DNA of 63,692 nucleotides, filler included, from Asterionella formosa (Eukaryota): assembly GCA_002256025.1 (NCBI GenBank). It is 5 parts of 5 records of this genome, joined end to end, with 100 filler letters (N's around TTAATTAATTAA, not from the genome) between each part and the next. Parts side by side here need not be neighbours in the genome. Positions count along the whole stretch, not along the records: positions 51,038 to 63,692 come from NKIB01007311.1; 4 more parts are not named here. One strand, written 5' to 3'. The notes under the pieces were generated by a model. That model ran no database searches, was not told the origin of the DNA, and was given only the letters and a program-made list of their open reading frames with translations. Both the position numbers and the translations under genes were made by a program. Below are positions 60,052-63,692 of this stretch, one piece after another (position 1 is the stretch's first letter; each line of letters starts with the position of its first letter).

Positions 60052-62036
60052 ACCGTAGGGCTGGTGCAGCCAATATGTTGTTCCAGATAAAGGACCAGCT
60101 GAGAGGGTCCGAAGAACAGGATCAGCTGGAAATCTTTATTTATAATCATAGCAAAACAAAAGTAGCGTCATTTCAGCAGTCCAAGTCAATATAAATGGAT
60201 GGGTGTATTGTTTGCCATGGTGTTTAATAATGTCTCTTTGGCTTATGCATGATGGTCACAATGGTTAGTCAATCTGGAGATATTCATCAACATTGTCAGA
60301 GGGAATAAAGCAAGTGTAATGACATGATACTAGAATCTGCATCCATCCTTTGAGTGGTCTCCCTTTGCTACTCTCCCAATTCTCTGCATCCCCTGCTGTG
60401 TTTATTAAATCTGAATCTGCTGAGGTTGGGATCACAACCCAGTGGATATCTGCAACAAAAGCTGCAACTTTCCCAATGATGATAGGCACACCAGTAATTG
60501 GCGACATCGCAGAAAATTGTTTGGCTGCGATTGTACTTCATCAAGCAAAAGTGGAAATGTGGAATCATTCTCATCCAATGAGGCAGTCCGCATTATTTCA
60601 AGTTGCTGAGGTTGGGCTTGTGCCATAAGATACCAGGGACTGGCACTACCCTGTTACCTCACACCACGTAATTTTATCATACCGGTAGGGAACAACATAT
60701 GCCCGTGGTGATGAAGGGGTACAACACAGCACAGGCGAATACCGGTATGCAGACTACATATGAATAGTCGTATTTGTGTGGTTTCAATGTGGTCATTGAC
60801 GATGATTTGTTAGGCCGCTTCTCACATCAGGCCATTCGATAATCGAGGTTCCTTTCTTGTGATAAGTTAGATTCAATGATCCCAACAAAGGTTCTTTCCA
60901 GAATCCATCAAGCATGCAAGCACTTGAGCAGCAGCGAGACCAAGATCAAGGTGACCAGCCATGCAAACATAGCTTAGTCTTGTCTAATAAATGAGGTTGC
61001 CTCCTTCAAGTCAGAAATAGTTTTCACTCGTCACTACATGTGGTCGTCCGATTCTGATGATGAATCGGGATTTGATTGTCCCTTACTCCTGGAAGTAGTG
61101 GCAGTAGCAATATTGGACGAGATCAACATGAGTGTATCTTGAATTTTTGAAAGGACTGAAGCTTTGCGAATTGGGCAGTCGTCCTGATCTAGTAGCATTT
61201 GAATCACTCGTCACCTGCGCTCCCATGGTGCAAGAATACTGCTTTGATTAGTGCTCCACAGTTGGCTGCTGATTGAGATCCTGCCACAGTGGCTGTGACA
61301 ATATTGAACTATCAACATCATCATCATCTTCTTAGGTCAACAATGTTGCTTGTTGGAAATTGTTCTGGGACAAGGGTTTCCTCTGCATCATGGTGGAAGA
61401 GAAGGTCGTAAATTTAGAGGAGAACTGTCCAATGCAGTCGTGTTGGTCTGGCTGGGCAGCTGAAATCCAACAATCAACCGAAATCCAATTTTCTAGAGGG
61501 ACAAACACAAACTCTCATCAATGAAGAAGTGTAGTAGATAAACTAGCTATGGTACCAGTAGCAAGTTTTTATTTATATAGTGTTTCTACTATTCTCCTGC
61601 TAGTAGCACAGCATAGCTGTTTCTAGACAAGTAGCAAAAACAACATCGTACTAATTAGCTACAAGTATCATTCTGGATGTTATTTTGCTCTTGGTGTAAA
61701 CAAACACTACCAGTAGCAATTCACATGGTGATGATTTCCCATGCTGAGTTATCAGGAGGAGGTCGTTCGGGGCATATAAAAGCAGGGGACACGAAAATTT
61801 GCTAAATCAGTCGACTATGAGAAAATAGTAGAGAAAGTAAAATAATCGCTCCAGTACTGTAAACAAAAAAGCTAGATGACGTTGCCGTAGTAGGCAACAT
61901 AAGGGATCAAAAATCCCATGTATCCATAAAACGAAAAGTGGTTCATGTGAATCTATCATCGTGTTCATCCTTCTCAAACATAAATGTATTGAGAACAGGC
62001 AAGGGGTTTTCCGTACATGAATTTGGAAGAACTGAA

Positions 62037-63692
62037 ATGGGAAGAAACAAGTCTCACGGGCATGGCAGCAACTACAATCACATCAAAAACAATATCGTCA
62101 ACAATCACCAGCCATTTCATATTGCCTTGGGTAAATCATATGACTCGGCAGAAGATGCACTCCGTAATGCCTTGTTGAAATTCCCATTTTCTGTGCCTAT
62201 CATTCCTTATGCAAACATCAAGACTCACAATATCAATAATCACAACCATTGGTGGCACATGGATATTGTCAATGCCATTAAACCTATGTATTACTTTAAT
62301 TTCAAAGAACCATTGAACGCACCAAGTTGGTGGTTTGGGATTGCACTAGATTGGGAATTGGATTGGGTATTTGCACCAACCGAAGTGGCATTTCAGAGAT
62401 TGATGGTTGGCAAATCAACAAATCATGCTCGTTGTGGAGCACTTAGAAACTTGGCTGTGAATGACAACAACGAGGTGACAATCGCTGAAGCAGGAGGTAT
62501 CATAACGATTCTGTCTGCAATGAAGACTCATTCCTCAAATGCTACTGTGCAAGAGTATGGTTGTGGAGCACTTGTGATCTTGGCTTTGAATGACAACAAC
62601 CAGGTGACGATTGCTGAAGCAGGAGGTATCACTACAATTCTGTCTGCAATGAAGACTCATTCCTCCAATGCTAATGTGCAAGAAAATGGTTGTTCAGCAC
62701 TTATGAACTTGGTTTTGAATGAAAACAACAGGGTGACAATTGCTGATGCAGGAGGTATCACTACGATTCTGTCTGCAAAGAAGACTCATTCCTCAAATGC
62801 TACTGTGCAAGAGTATGGTTGTTGGGCACTTTGGTACTTGGCTAATAATAATGACAAGAACAAGGTGACAATTGCTGATGCAGGAGGTATCACTACAATT
62901 CTGTCTGCAATGAAGACTCATTCCTCAAATGCTAATGTACAATATGAAGGTTGTGCTGCACTTAGGAACTTGGCTTATAATAATGACAAGAACCAAGTGA
63001 CGATTGCTGATGAAGGAGTTATCACTACAATTCTGTCTGCAATAAAGACTCATTCCTCAAATGCTACTGTGCAAGAAAGAGGTTGTGGAGCACTTTGGAA
63101 CTTGGCTTCGAATGGCAACTACAAGGTGACGATGGCTGATGCAGGAGGTATTACTACGATTCTGTCTGCAATGAAGTTTCATTCCTCAAATTCTATTGTA
63201 CAAGAAAAAGGTTGTGGAGCACTTATGCACTTGGCTGCAAATAATGACAACAACAGGGTGACGATATCCAATGCTGGTGGAAAAGCCGTAATTGAGTCTT
63301 CTATGCGAAATCACCCATCCAATACTGGTATTCAAGAATATGGTAATGGAACACTTAGCATATTGACCCAACATTGGACTAAGACAGAAACAGAATTGGA
63401 AAAATATGTCAAACGGTTGAAAGCGAATGATCCAAGTTTGACTGAACTTAATCTCAGTCATAATTTAATTGGTGATGACGGAGCCAAGGCCATTGCAGAG
63501 GCTCTCAAGGTCATTACTGTCTTGACTACACTTAATCTCCATGGTAATTCAATTGGTGATGACGGAGCCAAGGCCATTGCAGAGGCTCTCAAGGTCAATA
63601 CTGTCTTGACTACACTTTCTCTCAGTTATAATTCAATTGGTGCTGACGGAGCCAAGGCCATTGCAGAGGCTCTCAAGGTCAATACTGTCTTG
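62037..63692 (+). CDS. ARM-repeat plus RI-like (NLRC3-type) LRR protein, 3' end beyond the window
   Basis: Manual translation: frame open from 61863 to the window end, first ATG at 62037. About 7 ARM repeats (N.VTIA.AGGITTILSAMKTHSSNA.VQ..GC.AL..LA), then LKANDPSLTELNL and 28-aa LRRs (IGDDGAKAIAEALKVNTVLTTL.L..N). Absent from the ORF track because it has no stop codon in the window. Confidence 0.9.
   Translation, partial: MGRNKSHGHGSNYNHIKNNIVNNHQPFHIALGKSYDSAEDALRNALLKFPFSVPIIPYANIKTHNINNHNHWWHMDIVNAIKPMYYFNFKEPLNAPSWWFGIALDWELDWVFAPTEVAFQRLMVGKSTNHARCGALRNLAVNDNNEVTIAEAGGIITILSAMKTHSSNATVQEYGCGALVILALNDNNQVTIAEAGGITTILSAMKTHSSNANVQENGCSALMNLVLNENNRVTIADAGGITTILSAKKTHSSNATVQEYGCWALWYLANNNDKNKVTIADAGGITTILSAMKTHSSNANVQYEGCAALRNLAYNNDKNQVTIADEGVITTILSAIKTHSSNATVQERGCGALWNLASNGNYKVTMADAGGITTILSAMKFHSSNSIVQEKGCGALMHLAANNDNNRVTISNAGGKAVIESSMRNHPSNTGIQEYGNGTLSILTQHWTKTETELEKYVKRLKANDPSLTELNLSHNLIGDDGAKAIAEALKVITVLTTLNLHGNSIGDDGAKAIAEALKVNTVLTTLSLSYNSIGADGAKAIAEALKVNTVL
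62433..63365 (+). repeat. Coding tandem array of 129/132-nt ARM units
   Basis: Equivalent codons at 62433, 62562, 62691, 62820, 62952, 63084, 63213 and 63345. Confidence 0.92.
63438..63692 (+). repeat. Coding tandem array of 84-nt LRR units
   Basis: Units start at 63438, 63522, 63606 and 63690 and are nearly identical at DNA level. Confidence 0.92.

Noticed and set aside
62433..63365. Diversity-generating retroelement as the source of ARM variation
   Set aside because: Variable codons (GGA/TCA/TGG/GCT; AGA/GTG/ATG/TGG) are not adenine-restricted, there is no non-coding template repeat, and the RTs in the window are Copia or LINE type.

Overview
Eukaryotic nuclear DNA, most likely from a diatom (inferred from CoDi-type Copia, Ambal-type LINE, Harbinger and Plavaka-like remnants, and intron-free genes). 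The window is not contiguous. It is five segments of about 12.66 kb (1-12670, 12771-25425, 25526-38182, 38283-50937, 51038-63692) joined by artificial N44-TTAATTAATTAA-N44 linkers, with one 265-N gap. Most of it is decayed transposon sequence: five Copia elements or fragments (one with an intact 3' pol ORF), two LINE remnants, a Harbinger transposase, a Plavaka-like transposase and several non-autonomous repeat families. Host genes are the 5' end of a Ser/Thr kinase, a small DUF6787-like membrane protein, NAA35/Mak10, a convergent 1388-aa Dicer-like RNase III protein, and a 3'-truncated ARM-repeat plus LRR gene missing from the ORF track. The two strongest leads are: (1) the ARM+LRR gene, whose repeats are nearly identical except at predicted ligand-contacting positions, like a diversifying receptor; (2) the Dicer-like protein, which has a predicted membrane-spanning insert and has lost all four catalytic acidic residues of its second RNase III domain. 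All family calls come from motif recognition by eye; no searches were run.
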